Shown: positions 44,980 to 55,066 of the stretch, piece after piece
How positions within the stretch are numbered: the first letter of the stretch is position 1
Layout of the letters: every line of letters starts with the position of its first letter
Source of the DNA: an uncultured Puniceicoccaceae bacterium
GTDB lineage: Bacteria > Verrucomicrobiota > Verrucomicrobiia > Opitutales > Oceanipulchritudinaceae
Assembly: GCA_964430955.1 (NCBI GenBank)
Contig: CAYSHY010000004.1
Location: 9,971-73,970 of the forward strand
Length of the DNA stretch: 64,000 nucleotides
Reading direction: 5' to 3'
Position numbers and translations under genes: made by a program
The notes under the pieces: generated by a model
Told to the model about the DNA's origin: nothing
The model's database searches: none
The model's input: the letters and a program-made list of their open reading frames with translations, nothing else

Positions 44980-46824
44980 CTACTCCTTCAGCTTCTCAAA
45001 CTCCTTCCATTCTCCGGTCTGCGGGTTGTAGTACAGTGGGAACTGCTCTGCCGAAAACCAGACTGTCCCGTAGATCGAATGCGAAGCCCAGTAAGGATCC
45101 GAGTCCAGAAAGAAGTAAAATAAGCCATACAGAGGGTGCTCCACGTAGGGAGAGTTCGCCATCCTGAACCTGCCCATCCATCCCGATTGATACCAATGAT
45201 CCGGCAGAACCATCAATTCTCCGAAGTAGGGGTGCTGGATTGTCTCATGAGGTTGTTCAAGCGGATTGAATCCATGAATCGCGGTGTAGCCGTCTATCAG
45301 GTCCTCTGGTAGTTGTTCGGGCTGTTCGTACCATGAGTAACTTTCTACGTCGATGTAGCCGCGTTGACCGGGAGGGGGGATGCCAAACGTTTCCCAGGCG
45401 ATGACCGTCAGCACCAAGGGGTGGAAGCTCTTATAGAAGCCGGTGCTCAAGTAGTTGAACTCGTCCTTGCTGGAAGGATGGTCCGGATTGTTCAGGTAAT
45501 CTTCGGGGGCGATGTAGGAAATGGAGCTTGGAAAGCTGTGGAATTGCTCCTTTAGCGCCATCTGAAGGGACCTGAACTCATGGTGGTTTGGCCACGCAAA
45601 GCCCTTCGAAAGATGATGATTCGTCTGGAGTGCGAAAACAGTGACAGCCGACAGAGAAAGGACTGGAAGGAATATGTGGGCGCTCTTTGGGGCGAGCCGT
45701 TGAATAATCCATTCACTCCCCAGCACGGCTAGGGTAACGCCCAGCGCGTAAGGCGCCGCCAAGGTGCGAAAGAAGGCTGAAGGCGTGGCAATCAGGTTTG
45801 GCGCAAAGGTGAGCCCGTAGGTAAACAGGCATAAGACCGCCAGCTGAGCTGTCGCCGCCCAGGATAAGCGGAAACGGACTCGTATTGACCAGAGGCCGCA
45901 AACGCAGAGGCCTCCGGAGGCGATCGCCCAGATCCATGTCCAGAGGGGATTAGGCTGCAGCGCACCCCAGAACCCGATCACCCGGGGCATCAAGACAGAG
46001 GCTGCAAAGCGGCCGATCTCAGGTATGTTGAGAGAGACTTTCGCGCGATCGTAGGCGGAGTCACCCTCAAAGAAATGGTTGCCCAGCCCTTTGTAGATCG
46101 TGAAGTAAACGCTGCAAACGAGGATCGTGAGGATTAGCCCTGCCCAGAGCTCGGGGAGTCGAAGTCGTTCGCCACGTTCTGTCACCGCGAGGATGAATAA
46201 GAGGACGGGAAAGAAAAGGCCCGCGGGTTGATAGATGCACAAGGCCGCAAGCAGCAAGAGACTACAGCTTGTGAGCCGCACTGGTTGCATCAGTTCATCC
46301 CGGTTGCCGGCCCGCCAGAACCGATCTGCCGCCATCACCATGAGAATCGGGGCCAGCACTACAGGGGCAAAGACCGCCCAGCCGACATAGATCGCCGTGG
46401 CGGGCGTAAGAACCGTCAAGAGGCTGATGAGCGCCGCAAGGCCGGGGCGCTGGCTGTGATTTCGGAGCAACCGGAACAGGGCATAAGCAAACACCGCCAG
46501 TAATGACAGGCCCGCCAGGCGCAGGTAGGCCAGATCATGGATCTGATCTGTTCCCGCGTAAGCAAGCTTGATCATGATGCCCCATAATGGACGGCCATGA
46601 GCGGAGAGCACATTGTGCAACCAGGGCATCGGATTGTCCTGGGACTGATAGATGTGCCAGTAATCATCAAAGTGAGCGTAGACCGTCGTCAGCGCCGGCC
46701 AATAGACGCCCATCAGCAAGACCGCTCCGCATAAGCCGGCGATCCGGTAACGCCAAGCGATCGAGACAGCCCCTGCTGTCTCGCCTGAAGCACGGCATTC
46801 CTGGGATGAGGAGCTCGCGGCCAT
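44980..46824 (-). CDS. Polytopic membrane protein, GT-C-like glycosyltransferase candidate, with soluble Trp/Tyr-rich C-terminal domain
   Basis: About 11-13 hydrophobic helices. An acidic DD motif sits in the first loop (YAHFDDYWHIY), as in GT-C/ArnT/PMT-like enzymes. The C-terminal ~230 aa are soluble, and the last ~65 aa (nt 44983-45186) align with the tails of the PQQ dehydrogenase paralogs. Confidence 0.5.
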   Translation of the reverse strand: MAASSSSQECRASGETAGAVSIAWRYRIAGLCGAVLLMGVYWPALTTVYAHFDDYWHIYQSQDNPMPWLHNVLSAHGRPLWGIMIKLAYAGTDQIHDLAYLRLAGLSLLAVFAYALFRLLRNHSQRPGLAALISLLTVLTPATAIYVGWAVFAPVVLAPILMVMAADRFWRAGNRDELMQPVRLTSCSLLLLAALCIYQPAGLFFPVLLFILAVTERGERLRLPELWAGLILTILVCSVYFTIYKGLGNHFFEGDSAYDRAKVSLNIPEIGRFAASVLMPRVIGFWGALQPNPLWTWIWAIASGGLCVCGLWSIRVRFRLSWAATAQLAVLCLFTYGLTFAPNLIATPSAFFRTLAAPYALGVTLAVLGSEWIIQRLAPKSAHIFLPVLSLSAVTVFALQTNHHLSKGFAWPNHHEFRSLQMALKEQFHSFPSSISYIAPEDYLNNPDHPSSKDEFNYLSTGFYKSFHPLVLTVIAWETFGIPPPGQRGYIDVESYSWYEQPEQLPEDLIDGYTAIHGFNPLEQPHETIQHPYFGELMVLPDHWYQSGWMGRFRMANSPYVEHPLYGLFYFFLDSDPYWASHSIYGTVWFSAEQFPLYYNPQTGEWKEFEKLKE

Positions 46825-47182
46825 TGAAAGTTGCAGCGTGGAACGCCTTTACCGGCACGTCAAGGAGACGCGATCCCGAGCTTGCTGTTGGAGTCAGCGT
46901 CTGAATTTTGGCGTCTGCAGATGCGTATGGTATGTGGAGAGTAGGACAGCAGGTTCAGCCGCCGATCATATCATTAGATTGAGACCCAATCGCAGGTAAA
47001 CTTCTGGAGCCTATCAGTTTGACTTCTACGAGAAGCAAGCGGCTATTATAAGGCGCCTAAGGATAAGTATCAGGGGCATATAAACTTTACTGTTAGGACA
47101 TAACCCATAAAAGCACAGGTCTGGGCTCAACCTTGAACCGGGCTTGGCCCAGACGAAACTTTCCCTAAGACCACGTCTTCAA

Positions 47183-47977
47183 ATGAACGGCTTCACCGCA
47201 CTTTTCCGCTCCTCCGTTGGTAAGAAATATTTGATGGCTATCTCCGGAGTGATTTTGACGGGGTTTGTGCTCGGACACATGCTCGGGAACTTGCAGTTTT
47301 TCCTGCATCCGGACTGGTTGAACGAGTATGCCCACCACCTGCAGAACATCCCGTATGGAGGTTTGTGGGTGGTGCGACTAATCCTGTTGGCTGCGGTGGT
47401 CATCCACATCTGGACAGGGATTGTGCTGACAAAGCAGAACCGGGCGGCGCGACCGGGGTACGCGCTGGAGAGGACAGTGCAGGCGAGCAAGGCCTCACGC
47501 ACGATGATCTGGTCCGGTTTGATTATCGCCGCCTTTATCATCTTCCACATCCTGCATTTTACGACCCGCGACATTTACGACTACGATTCCCTGCCGTTGT
47601 GGACGCTTGGGGGTGACGCCGCTGTTGCAGCTGGCGCCGAGGTTCCTGCGAGCGCCGCCGCTCATGGTCTGCAGGTTCCTGACGTGCACGCCATGATGTA
47701 TCTGGGCTTCAGCAAGTGGTATGTGTCGCTCTTCTACATTATCGCGGTAGGCCTGCTGATGATGCACCTCACCCATGGCGTTAGCTCCATGTTCCAGAGC
47801 GTGGGCATGCGCAACGAGCAATGGCGTTACCGGCTCGACAAGTTTGCCACAGCCTATGGTTGGATCGTATTCCTTGGCTTTGCAGTGATCCCCGTGGCTG
47901 TGATGCTGGACCTCTTCAACGTCGTGGATCTCTTTGATACAACCCGCTTCCAGAGCTTTCTGGACGCAATGCACTAA
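47183..47977 (+). CDS. sdhC: Succinate dehydrogenase/fumarate reductase cytochrome b subunit (single-subunit b558-type anchor)
   Basis: Five hydrophobic helices with conserved His residues (GHMLGNL, HIWTG, HILHF, MHLTHG). It sits directly upstream of sdhA and sdhB. The ORF-track start at 47144 is TTG, so ATG 47183 is preferred. Confidence 0.8.
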   Translation: MNGFTALFRSSVGKKYLMAISGVILTGFVLGHMLGNLQFFLHPDWLNEYAHHLQNIPYGGLWVVRLILLAAVVIHIWTGIVLTKQNRAARPGYALERTVQASKASRTMIWSGLIIAAFIIFHILHFTTRDIYDYDSLPLWTLGGDAAVAAGAEVPASAAAHGLQVPDVHAMMYLGFSKWYVSLFYIIAVGLLMMHLTHGVSSMFQSVGMRNEQWRYRLDKFATAYGWIVFLGFAVIPVAVMLDLFNVVDLFDTTRFQSFLDAMH

Positions 47978-47997
47978 ATCCTTTACCGGCCGAGAAA

Positions 47998-49941
47998 ATG
48001 AAACTGGACAGCAAGATTCCCGAAGGGCGGATCCAGGACAAGTGGGACAACCACAAGTTCTCGCTCAAACTCGTAAACCCTGCAAACAAGCGCCGGTACC
48101 ACGTGATCGTCGTGGGATCGGGGTTGGCAGGGGCATCGGCTGCCGCAACGCTTGGGGAGCTGGGCTACAATGTAACCTGTTTCTGCTATCAGGATAGCCC
48201 CCGCCGCGCACACTCGATTGCGGCCCAAGGCGGTATCAACGCTTCGAAGAACTACCAGAATGACGGCGACTCCGTATACCGTCTTTTCTACGATACGGTA
48301 AAGGGGGGCGACTTCCGGGCGCGTGAGGCCAACGTTTACCGGCTGGCGCAGGTGAGCGGGAACATCATCGACCAGTGTGTGGCGCAGGGCGTGCCTTTCG
48401 CCCGCGAATATGGTGGTCTATTGGATAATCGCTCCTTCGGTGGAGCGCAGGTGAGCCGCACTTTCTATGCGCGCGGGCAGACCGGGCAGCAGTTGCTGCT
48501 TGGCGCCTACAGCGCCCTGAGCCGCCAGATCGGGCTTGGCACGGTCAAGATGTATAACCGGCACGAGATGCTGGAGCTCGTGGTGGAGGATGGTCGGGCG
48601 CGCGGAATCATCACTCGCAATATGGCGACCGGGGAAATTCAGCGTTGGGCTGCGGATGCCGTGCTGCTTTGCACCGGTGGCTACTCCAACGTCTACTTCC
48701 TTTCAACCAATGCGGCTGGGTGTAATGTAACGGCTGCCTATCGGGCCTACAAACGGGGCGCTGGCTTCGCGAACCCCTGCTACACGCAGATCCACCCCAC
48801 TTGCATTCCTCAGCACGGCGAACAGCAGAGCAAGCTCACGCTGATGAGCGAGTCTTTGCGCAACGACGGCCGTGTATGGGTGCCAAAAACACGCGAGCTC
48901 GCCGAGAAGATCCGCAAGGGGCAGGTGAAGCCGAAAGATGTTCCAGAGGAGGACCGCGACTATTATCTGGAGCGCAAGTACCCAAGCTTTGGCAACCTTG
49001 CTCCGCGCGATATCTCCAGCCGCTCAGCCAAGGAAGCTTGCGACGACGGGCGTGGGGTGGCCCCAACGGGCTTCGGCGTCTTCCTGGACTTTTCCGACGC
49101 CATCAAGCGTCTGGGTAAGGCCAAGATAGAAGAGCGGTATGGAAACCTCTTTGAGATGTATGAGCGAATTACAGGCGACGACGCCTACGAAACGCCCATG
49201 CAGATCTATCCTGCCCTGCACTACACGATGGGAGGACTATGGGTTGACTACAACCTGATGACGACCATCCCCGGCTGCTTTGCCCTGGGCGAAGCCAACT
49301 TCTCCGACCACGGTGCAAATCGTCTTGGCGCCTCGGCCCTGATGCAGGGTTTGGCGGATGGCTATTTCGTCATTCCTTACACCCTTGGCGACTACCTGGC
49401 GCGGATCCCCTTGAGCGAAGCCGGCAAGTTCAACCTTGAGAGCGAGGCCTTCCGGAGCGCCGAAGACGAAGTGCGTGGCCGGATGAGCAAGCTTCTCTCA
49501 ATCAAGGGCGAGCGCAGCGCACGCAGTTTCCACAAGGAACTCGGTCACATCATGTGGGAGCATGCAGGCATGGCCCGCAGCGAAGAAAGCCTTAAGAAGG
49601 CCTTGGAGCTTATTCCGCAACTGCGGGAAGAGTTTTGGTCGAACCTGCGCGTTACCGGCGAGGCCGAGGGCCTCAACCAGGAACTGGAGCGGGCAGGTCG
49701 CGTGGCCGACTTCCTCGAGTTTGGTGAACTACTTTGCCGCGACGCCCTTGATCGGGACGAGTCCTGTGGCGGCCACTTCCGGGTGGAGCACCAGACTCCG
49801 GACGGCGAAGCCAAACGCGACGATGAACGCTTTGCAAACGTCTCCGTCTGGCAATACACCGGCGAGAAGACCCCGCCGATCAAGCATGTCGAAGATCTCA
49901 AGTTCGAGTACGTCCAGCTTTCGGTGCGTAGCTACAAGTAA
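47998..49941 (+). CDS. sdhA: Succinate dehydrogenase/fumarate reductase flavoprotein subunit
   Basis: FAD fold [14 protein letters not shown]. Covalent-FAD His context [33 protein letters not shown]. Confidence 0.95.
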   Translation: MKLDSKIPEGRIQDKWDNHKFSLKLVNPANKRRYHVIVVGSGLAGASAAATLGELGYNVTCFCYQDSPRRAHSIAAQGGINASKNYQNDGDSVYRLFYDTVKGGDFRAREANVYRLAQVSGNIIDQCVAQGVPFAREYGGLLDNRSFGGAQVSRTFYARGQTGQQLLLGAYSALSRQIGLGTVKMYNRHEMLELVVEDGRARGIITRNMATGEIQRWAADAVLLCTGGYSNVYFLSTNAAGCNVTAAYRAYKRGAGFANPCYTQIHPTCIPQHGEQQSKLTLMSESLRNDGRVWVPKTRELAEKIRKGQVKPKDVPEEDRDYYLERKYPSFGNLAPRDISSRSAKEACDDGRGVAPTGFGVFLDFSDAIKRLGKAKIEERYGNLFEMYERITGDDAYETPMQIYPALHYTMGGLWVDYNLMTTIPGCFALGEANFSDHGANRLGASALMQGLADGYFVIPYTLGDYLARIPLSEAGKFNLESEAFRSAEDEVRGRMSKLLSIKGERSARSFHKELGHIMWEHAGMARSEESLKKALELIPQLREEFWSNLRVTGEAEGLNQELERAGRVADFLEFGELLCRDALDRDESCGGHFRVEHQTPDGEAKRDDERFANVSVWQYTGEKTPPIKHVEDLKFEYVQLSVRSYK

Positions 49942-50017
49942 GGCAGACGATCAAAGGAAACTTTAACCAATTCAATTTGAATCCCGGCGCCGCCAAGGCG
50001 TCACAAGCCATTTGACC

Positions 50018-50794
50018 ATGTCAGCAGAAGGCCGCAATTACACCCTCCGCATTTGGCGCCAGGCAAACGCCAGCGCCGCCGGTAAGCTCGTCGATTACAA
50101 GGTCACCGACGTTTCCCCCGACAGCTCCTTTCTCGAGATGCTGGACATCCTCAATGAGCAGCTGATCGAACGTGGAGAAGAGCCAGTAGCCTTCGACCAC
50201 GATTGCCGCGAGGGGATCTGTGGCATGTGCTCGCTGACAATCAACGGCATCCCGCACGGGCCGGAACGTCTCACCACAGTCTGCCAGCTGCATATGCGCA
50301 AGTTCGGAGACGGCGAGACAATCACCATAGAACCTTTCAGGGCGAAGCCGTTCCCGCTGATGAAGGACCTTGTGGTGGATCGATCCGCATTCGACAGGAT
50401 CATCCAGGCCGGTGGTTTTATTGGAGTCAGGACCGGTGGCGTACCAGACGCCAACATGATTCCCATCTCAAAGACCACTGCAGACATCGCCATGGACGCC
50501 GCTTCCTGCATTGGTTGCGGTGCTTGCGTCGCGGCATGTAAGAATGCCAGCGCAATGCTCTTCACCAGCGCGAAGATCTCCCAGCTGAATCGCCTGCCGC
50601 AGGGCAAGCCGGAGAAAGATCGCCGCACATTGCGGATGGTTGCACAGATGGACTCAGAAGGTTTTGGCAATTGCACCAACTACGGAGAGTGCCAGGCCGT
50701 TTGCCCGAAGGGAATCACTCTCGATCACATTGCCAAGCTCAACCGCGACTTCGCAGCCGCCAGCTTCCGCAGCGCCTTTGGGGCGGCAAAGTAG
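50018..50794 (+). CDS. sdhB: Succinate dehydrogenase/fumarate reductase iron-sulfur subunit
   Basis: 2Fe-2[16 protein letters not shown]. 4Fe-4[12 protein letters not shown]. 3Fe-4[16 protein letters not shown]. The start is ATG 50018 or TTG 50012. Confidence 0.93.
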   Translation: MSAEGRNYTLRIWRQANASAAGKLVDYKVTDVSPDSSFLEMLDILNEQLIERGEEPVAFDHDCREGICGMCSLTINGIPHGPERLTTVCQLHMRKFGDGETITIEPFRAKPFPLMKDLVVDRSAFDRIIQAGGFIGVRTGGVPDANMIPISKTTADIAMDAASCIGCGACVAACKNASAMLFTSAKISQLNRLPQGKPEKDRRTLRMVAQMDSEGFGNCTNYGECQAVCPKGITLDHIAKLNRDFAAASFRSAFGAAK

Positions 50795-50892
50795 GTGGGA
50801 TGCGGCGAGTGACGTGTAACATGTGAGGGCTTGCTCGGAGCTTGGCAAAAGTTAGCCGTATCGCGTCTCCGGCCCTCGGACTACCTGCCACT

Positions 50893-51414
50893 CTAATTTA
50901 CATCGCCAAGGTAACCTTTCGGGGGACGAATATCGCCCTCCGCGAAAAATGGGATGATCGCCTTTGGAAAGAACCTCATCTTCGAAAGTTCTTCCAGCGG
51001 GGCCCAGTGGATACCGACCTGGCGGTTGTCGCAACCTTCGCCAACGCAGCATGCGTCGGGGTCGGTCACCGTGCAGCGAAAGACACACTCCAGTTGGTGA
51101 AAATTGGCGTGACGGCTACTGAATATGTGGTTGCGGCCAATATATTCGCGCACAAATAGCAACTCACCGACCTGGACCTCAACGGCAATCTCCTCCATGC
51201 ACTCCCGTTTGAGGGTCTCGACCAGGGTTTCGCCCATGCGCTGCCCGCCACCGGGCAGTAGGTAAAACGGCCCTTCGCCGTCGCGCATTTTGACTGTAAG
51301 CAAGCGCCCGTTGTGTATGATCACCGCCCGTGCGGCGTTGCGAACAATTGGATTTCGCGCCACGCAGCGACCTTGGCCCCGAGTAGTCTGTTTTGCAAGC
51401 CTCCGCTCCTGCAT
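50893..51414 (-). CDS. NUDIX hydrolase
   Basis: Nudix box LPGGGQRMGETLVETLKRECMEEIAVEV. ATG 51414 is preferred and lies 10 nt after the upstream gene's stop. Confidence 0.75.
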   Translation of the reverse strand: MQERRLAKQTTRGQGRCVARNPIVRNAARAVIIHNGRLLTVKMRDGEGPFYLLPGGGQRMGETLVETLKRECMEEIAVEVQVGELLFVREYIGRNHIFSSRHANFHQLECVFRCTVTDPDACCVGEGCDNRQVGIHWAPLEELSKMRFFPKAIIPFFAEGDIRPPKGYLGDVN

Positions 51415-51424
51415 TGAACAGCGT

Positions 51425-51817
51425 CTATGGCTGCTGATAAGCCTTGCGGGCCGTTTGCGGACTGATACGCCGCACCACAGGCGCAGCGCCTGCACGGGCG
51501 ATTGGCATGGCGGATCGTAGAAGCAATTGCTCGTTCTCCCGATCCAGCATGAAAATCTTCATCAGCTTTTTTTGCGCCGCCTCGATCTGGATACGGGCGG
51601 ACTCGCTGATTACTGCGCCTTCCCGGCGGATGCTCTTAAGTCTGTCGAGAGATTCTTCAAGGCGTGGCAGCAGCGCCTGCTTGCGCTTGAGGAAGACCTC
51701 GTCTGGCGCGGCGCCGGTTTCCCGAATCACCCGATTTTCCTCGAGCATCAACGAATGCGCTTCTTCACAAAGCTCGATGTGTAAGCGAATGATGACTTCT
51801 GGCTGCATGCTGATCAC
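51425..51817 (-). CDS. Hypothetical coiled-coil protein (weak FlgN-like heptad pattern)
   Basis: 130 aa, helical, Leu/Glu/Arg-rich (LEENRVIRE...LLPRLEESLDRLKSIRRE...LDRENEQLLL). The start is GTG 51817, abutting the upstream stop, or ATG 51808. Family assignment is not secure. Confidence 0.5.
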   Translation of the reverse strand: MISMQPEVIIRLHIELCEEAHSLMLEENRVIRETGAAPDEVFLKRKQALLPRLEESLDRLKSIRREGAVISESARIQIEAAQKKLMKIFMLDRENEQLLLRSAMPIARAGAAPVVRRISPQTARKAYQQP

Positions 51818-53026
51818 CTACAAAGCGCGGGAAACAGCAGAATTGCCATTCAATTCGTTGAGTTGTCCCTCCACGTTTTGCACCCACTGAAGGTGTTCCA
51901 GGCGCCAGATCGCCTGTTTGTGAAGATCCTGCAGGACGGCTGGAAGGCTCTGTCCATCGGCGATCGCCTTTTCTGCGCCGCGTATGATAATGCGGTATGC
52001 CTCGATAGAGCGCGGAGCCATACGCAATCGCTCAAAGCAAAGGCCAATTTGATAGATGACCGGCCACTGCCACTGCGGATCTTCACTGAGAACCGCCATG
52101 GACTGATAAATCTTCAGCGCCGATGCAAAGTCGCCCTGCTCATAGAAAGCGTTCGAAAGTTCGTTGCCCGTGCGGCGCTTCCAGTAGGCCCAGGCCCGGC
52201 CGTCCTTGCTGTTTTGCTCCTGAGTACGTAGAAGTTCCAGAACCGCGGAGAGAGCTTTGTCGGGCTGATCCATCTGCTTGAACGCATGCGCCAGTAGAAA
52301 CTGAGACTGCGGAACGAGCTCATGTTGTGGGAAATCGGCGATGAACTGGTTCAGCCCGCTGATTGCATCGCTGTAGTGACCCTGCAAGTACTTCGTGTAG
52401 GCGTGCTTGAAATCAACCATCGCCCTGTCTCCAATGGAAAGTTCAACCCGCTGGAGCCGCTCGTAGAACTGGGCCGCGTCCGCGTAGTCGCCCATCACAT
52501 GGTGCGTATCTGCAATCTCGAGCTGCGCCTTGACGGAAAGCTGACGGTAAATGTCGATCTCCTCGCGATCGATTGCCAACGATGCGTTGAGCACGGAGTA
52601 GAATTTTCGCAGCGCCGTCTCGTATGCGCCCAGTTCTCGATAGATAAAGCCGAGGCGCATGTAAATCTCTGGTGCAATGGGATCCTGCGGGTATGTCTCG
52701 ACCAGCTTCTCGTAGGTTGCGGCAGCCTTTGTGCGCTGGCGATGTTCCTCGTAATGCTCAGCCAAGCCCAATAGGGCGTCGCGGCGTTGTTTCGAGTCGA
52801 GCTTCGTACTGAGACGTTTCAGGAAGCGCTGCTCGATGATCTTATACGCTGGCGACTCGACTTGAGTCGGCGGCTCGTAACCCGATCCTCCAAACAGGCC
52901 CGTGTCTTCATAGCGGCTCCAGTCGGGGGTGTAGACTTCGGGTGCAGCCGATTGGGTCTCCGCATACGCAACTCCTGCAAGGAGAGCGATGGTATATATC
53001 GTCAGCGAAATCGACCTCTTAGTCAT
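51818..53026 (-). CDS. Secreted tetratricopeptide-repeat protein (BamD/CpoB-like repeat style)
   Basis: Signal peptide MTKRSISLTIYTIALLAGVAYA. Multiple TPR units, e.g. AAATYEKLVETYPQDPIAPEIYMRLGFIYRELGAYETALRKF and AISGLNQFIADFPQHELVPQSQFLLAHAF. Confidence 0.8.
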   Translation of the reverse strand: MTKRSISLTIYTIALLAGVAYAETQSAAPEVYTPDWSRYEDTGLFGGSGYEPPTQVESPAYKIIEQRFLKRLSTKLDSKQRRDALLGLAEHYEEHRQRTKAAATYEKLVETYPQDPIAPEIYMRLGFIYRELGAYETALRKFYSVLNASLAIDREEIDIYRQLSVKAQLEIADTHHVMGDYADAAQFYERLQRVELSIGDRAMVDFKHAYTKYLQGHYSDAISGLNQFIADFPQHELVPQSQFLLAHAFKQMDQPDKALSAVLELLRTQEQNSKDGRAWAYWKRRTGNELSNAFYEQGDFASALKIYQSMAVLSEDPQWQWPVIYQIGLCFERLRMAPRSIEAYRIIIRGAEKAIADGQSLPAVLQDLHKQAIWRLEHLQWVQNVEGQLNELNGNSAVSRAL

Positions 53027-53843
53027 TGGCGCTTCCTGCGTTTACGGATTCCGGGACAATCCGGTAGCGGGCTCTCCCTTCCAGGATGAGGGGAGGTGAT
53101 TGATAAGGAAGAAAGAAAGGGAGCTCGATGATCGGTGCGTTCGTTTCGATGGGCGCTTCGAAATAATGCATATACATTCCAGCATCCGAGAAAGGAGGAG
53201 CGGCAATCGCATAGTTTGAGGAAAGCGTACGCCCGGCTTGCTCCTGCGTCTGCTGTTCCTGGGACCTTGTTGACGGAGCTGGAGCCGGCTTCGCTCCACT
53301 TTCCCTAGACGCAAGGGCAGGATCTGCCGTCGACTTCTTTTCACGGGAGGCGACCTCATTTTCCGTCAGCTCCTCCTCAAGTTCCGGTTCCGTAGGGTCG
53401 GGCAAGACTATGTCTTTTAGACCGATCAGACGGGAACGATCAAATTCGTCATCGTAGAACGTGGAGATCTCGCCTGCTCCCAGCACTGGCAAATAGCCAC
53501 CGCCACGGATTGGTTGGGCGACCTGCACCGATTCTTTGAATTCAGGGGCCGGTTCTGTTGGAACCTCGGTTACTTGAGGCAATGCGTGCGCCAGCTCTGG
53601 GAGACAGTCCTGTTTGTCGGGTTCGATGTCTACCTGCGGAGCCTCCTCCTCTTGCTCAGAAACTCGAGGCCCTGCCGGTTGTGTGAGGATCTGCTTCCAC
53701 GACTGTTTTGGTACCGGACGCGCAGGCCGAAGGGTCCTCTGCCCTAGCGCTTGGGTTGGGCACAGGAAGAAGCAGGCCAGCGCCATTGCGCCAGCCAAGC
53801 TGCAGCATCGCAGCCAAGCGTGCCTATTTCTCCAGCAGGTCAT
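53019..53843 (-). CDS. Hypothetical secreted Pro/Glu/Gln-rich protein
   Basis: ATG 53843 gives the leader MTCWRNRHAWLRCCSLAGAMALACFFLCPTQALG. The middle is low-complexity and acidic. The C-terminus is an ordered-looking block YMHYFEAPIETNAPIIELPFFLPYQSPPLILEGRARYRIV. The stop overlaps the TPR gene start by 8 nt. Confidence 0.5.
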   Translation of the reverse strand: MTCWRNRHAWLRCCSLAGAMALACFFLCPTQALGQRTLRPARPVPKQSWKQILTQPAGPRVSEQEEEAPQVDIEPDKQDCLPELAHALPQVTEVPTEPAPEFKESVQVAQPIRGGGYLPVLGAGEISTFYDDEFDRSRLIGLKDIVLPDPTEPELEEELTENEVASREKKSTADPALASRESGAKPAPAPSTRSQEQQTQEQAGRTLSSNYAIAAPPFSDAGMYMHYFEAPIETNAPIIELPFFLPYQSPPLILEGRARYRIVPESVNAGSAND

Positions 53844-53916
53844 TCGTGTGCTCTCTAGATATCGACCCGCCGCAACAGCACTTAAACGAAGAGCGAGGTG
53901 ATGCGCCCGGAATGGA

Positions 53917-54966
53917 TCACTCCCACCAGAATAGATACCAGTATCCCCAGTTCCAGAGAATGTCCTTCTGCCAAAGGACAAACGGATCCTTCCCTTCCGT
54001 CTCATTCAGTATCAGCGCCTTTCCCAGGGACATGGCCAGCTCCCGGTTTCCCTGTTGGAGGTGAAGCCAGATCCGCCCAAGTTCTACGGCGCCTCGTCCC
54101 GTTACATTCAGGAAACTGCGGCTCCAATCTACAGCAGCATCGATTTCTTCAGGGCTAATTTCGCTCAAGCCTGACGGCAACGAGTCCAGGGAAGCCGTGT
54201 CTGGAGGGCTGATGCATTGGAAGGCGACGGCATTGCCTTTTGGCACCTGGAAAACCGGTTTAAAGAATTCTCTCAGCCGGTACATGTACACCTGAACCAA
54301 GGCATCCGTACACCAGAGATAGTCCTGATTTATAAGCATTCCCCCGGGCTGGATCTGAGGGAAGAAAGCTCTGGCCGTAGACTTGGCGATCGTGAAGTTC
54401 TTCCACACATCATTGATGAGCAGCGAGATTGGCCCTCCATTCCACGTGGCGTTCTCCAGGTCTTCACTACAGGCCACCAGCAAGTCGGCATTCTCCTGTG
54501 TCTGTTGCACGAACGCATCGAGGAAGTTGTCGCCTTCCTGGTAACGGCCTGCCAGCGGAGTGTTGCGGACCCAATCTTCAAAGCAATCTGTCCACGTGAA
54601 GCGATCGAAAGCGTAGACAAGTTTCTTTCCAACAGGGGCAGTTGGATTACGGCGAATACCCTTTGAAGCAGCGTTTGAAAATGATCCCAACCAGCATCCA
54701 AGGTCAACGATCACGCCCTTTGAAAGGTCGACTTGAGATGACAGCCACTCCACATAAGTCTGTTCCTCAATTACGGTTGCCCCAAGATATCTGGGACGTT
54801 CGCCATTCATCAGCGCCTGGAAGCCGGCGTGATCATATTCCACCATTTGGTAGATTAAGTCTGTTGGCGTGAGTTTCGACAAGCTCGTGCTGTCGAATTC
54901 CAAAGTTTCCAAAAAAGACTTGAAACCTCCGAGGTCAGCGGCTTGTCTGTCCCGCTCATGACGCAA
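53917..54966 (-). CDS. Putative SAM-dependent methyltransferase-fold protein
   Basis: Rossmann-like motif VIVDLGCWLGSFS. Later ISLLINDVW and IQPGGMLINQDY. The ORF-track start at 54966 is TTG and the first ATG is at 54846. Confidence 0.45.
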   Translation of the reverse strand: MRHERDRQAADLGGFKSFLETLEFDSTSLSKLTPTDLIYQMVEYDHAGFQALMNGERPRYLGATVIEEQTYVEWLSSQVDLSKGVIVDLGCWLGSFSNAASKGIRRNPTAPVGKKLVYAFDRFTWTDCFEDWVRNTPLAGRYQEGDNFLDAFVQQTQENADLLVACSEDLENATWNGGPISLLINDVWKNFTIAKSTARAFFPQIQPGGMLINQDYLWCTDALVQVYMYRLREFFKPVFQVPKGNAVAFQCISPPDTASLDSLPSGLSEISPEEIDAAVDWSRSFLNVTGRGAVELGRIWLHLQQGNRELAMSLGKALILNETEGKDPFVLWQKDILWNWGYWYLFWWE

Positions 54967-54982
54967 GCTGCGTCGTGAATTC

Positions 54983-55066
54983 GCTCAGGTGGTGGAATGG
55001 CAGACACGCACGCTTGAGGGGCGTGTGCCGCAAGGCGTGGGGGTTCAAGTCCCCCCCTGAGCACCA
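54983..55066 (+). tRNA. tRNA-Leu (anticodon GAG), type II long variable arm, CCA encoded
   Basis: Acceptor stem GCTCAGG/CCTGAGC. Anticodon stem CACGC/GCGTG with loop TTGAGGG (anticodon GAG). Variable arm TGCCGCAAGGCG. T-arm GGGGGTTCAAGTCCCCC. 3' ACCA. Its layout parallels E. coli tRNA-Leu. Confidence 0.93.

Noticed and set aside
53917-53985. Trp-rich C-terminus (LWNWGYWYLFWWE) of the methyltransferase-fold protein as a seventh copy of the aromatic tail
   Set aside because: The protein has no signal peptide. The segment is a single short Trp cluster without the [FY]PW and spaced GW units, and it cannot be aligned with the other six tails.
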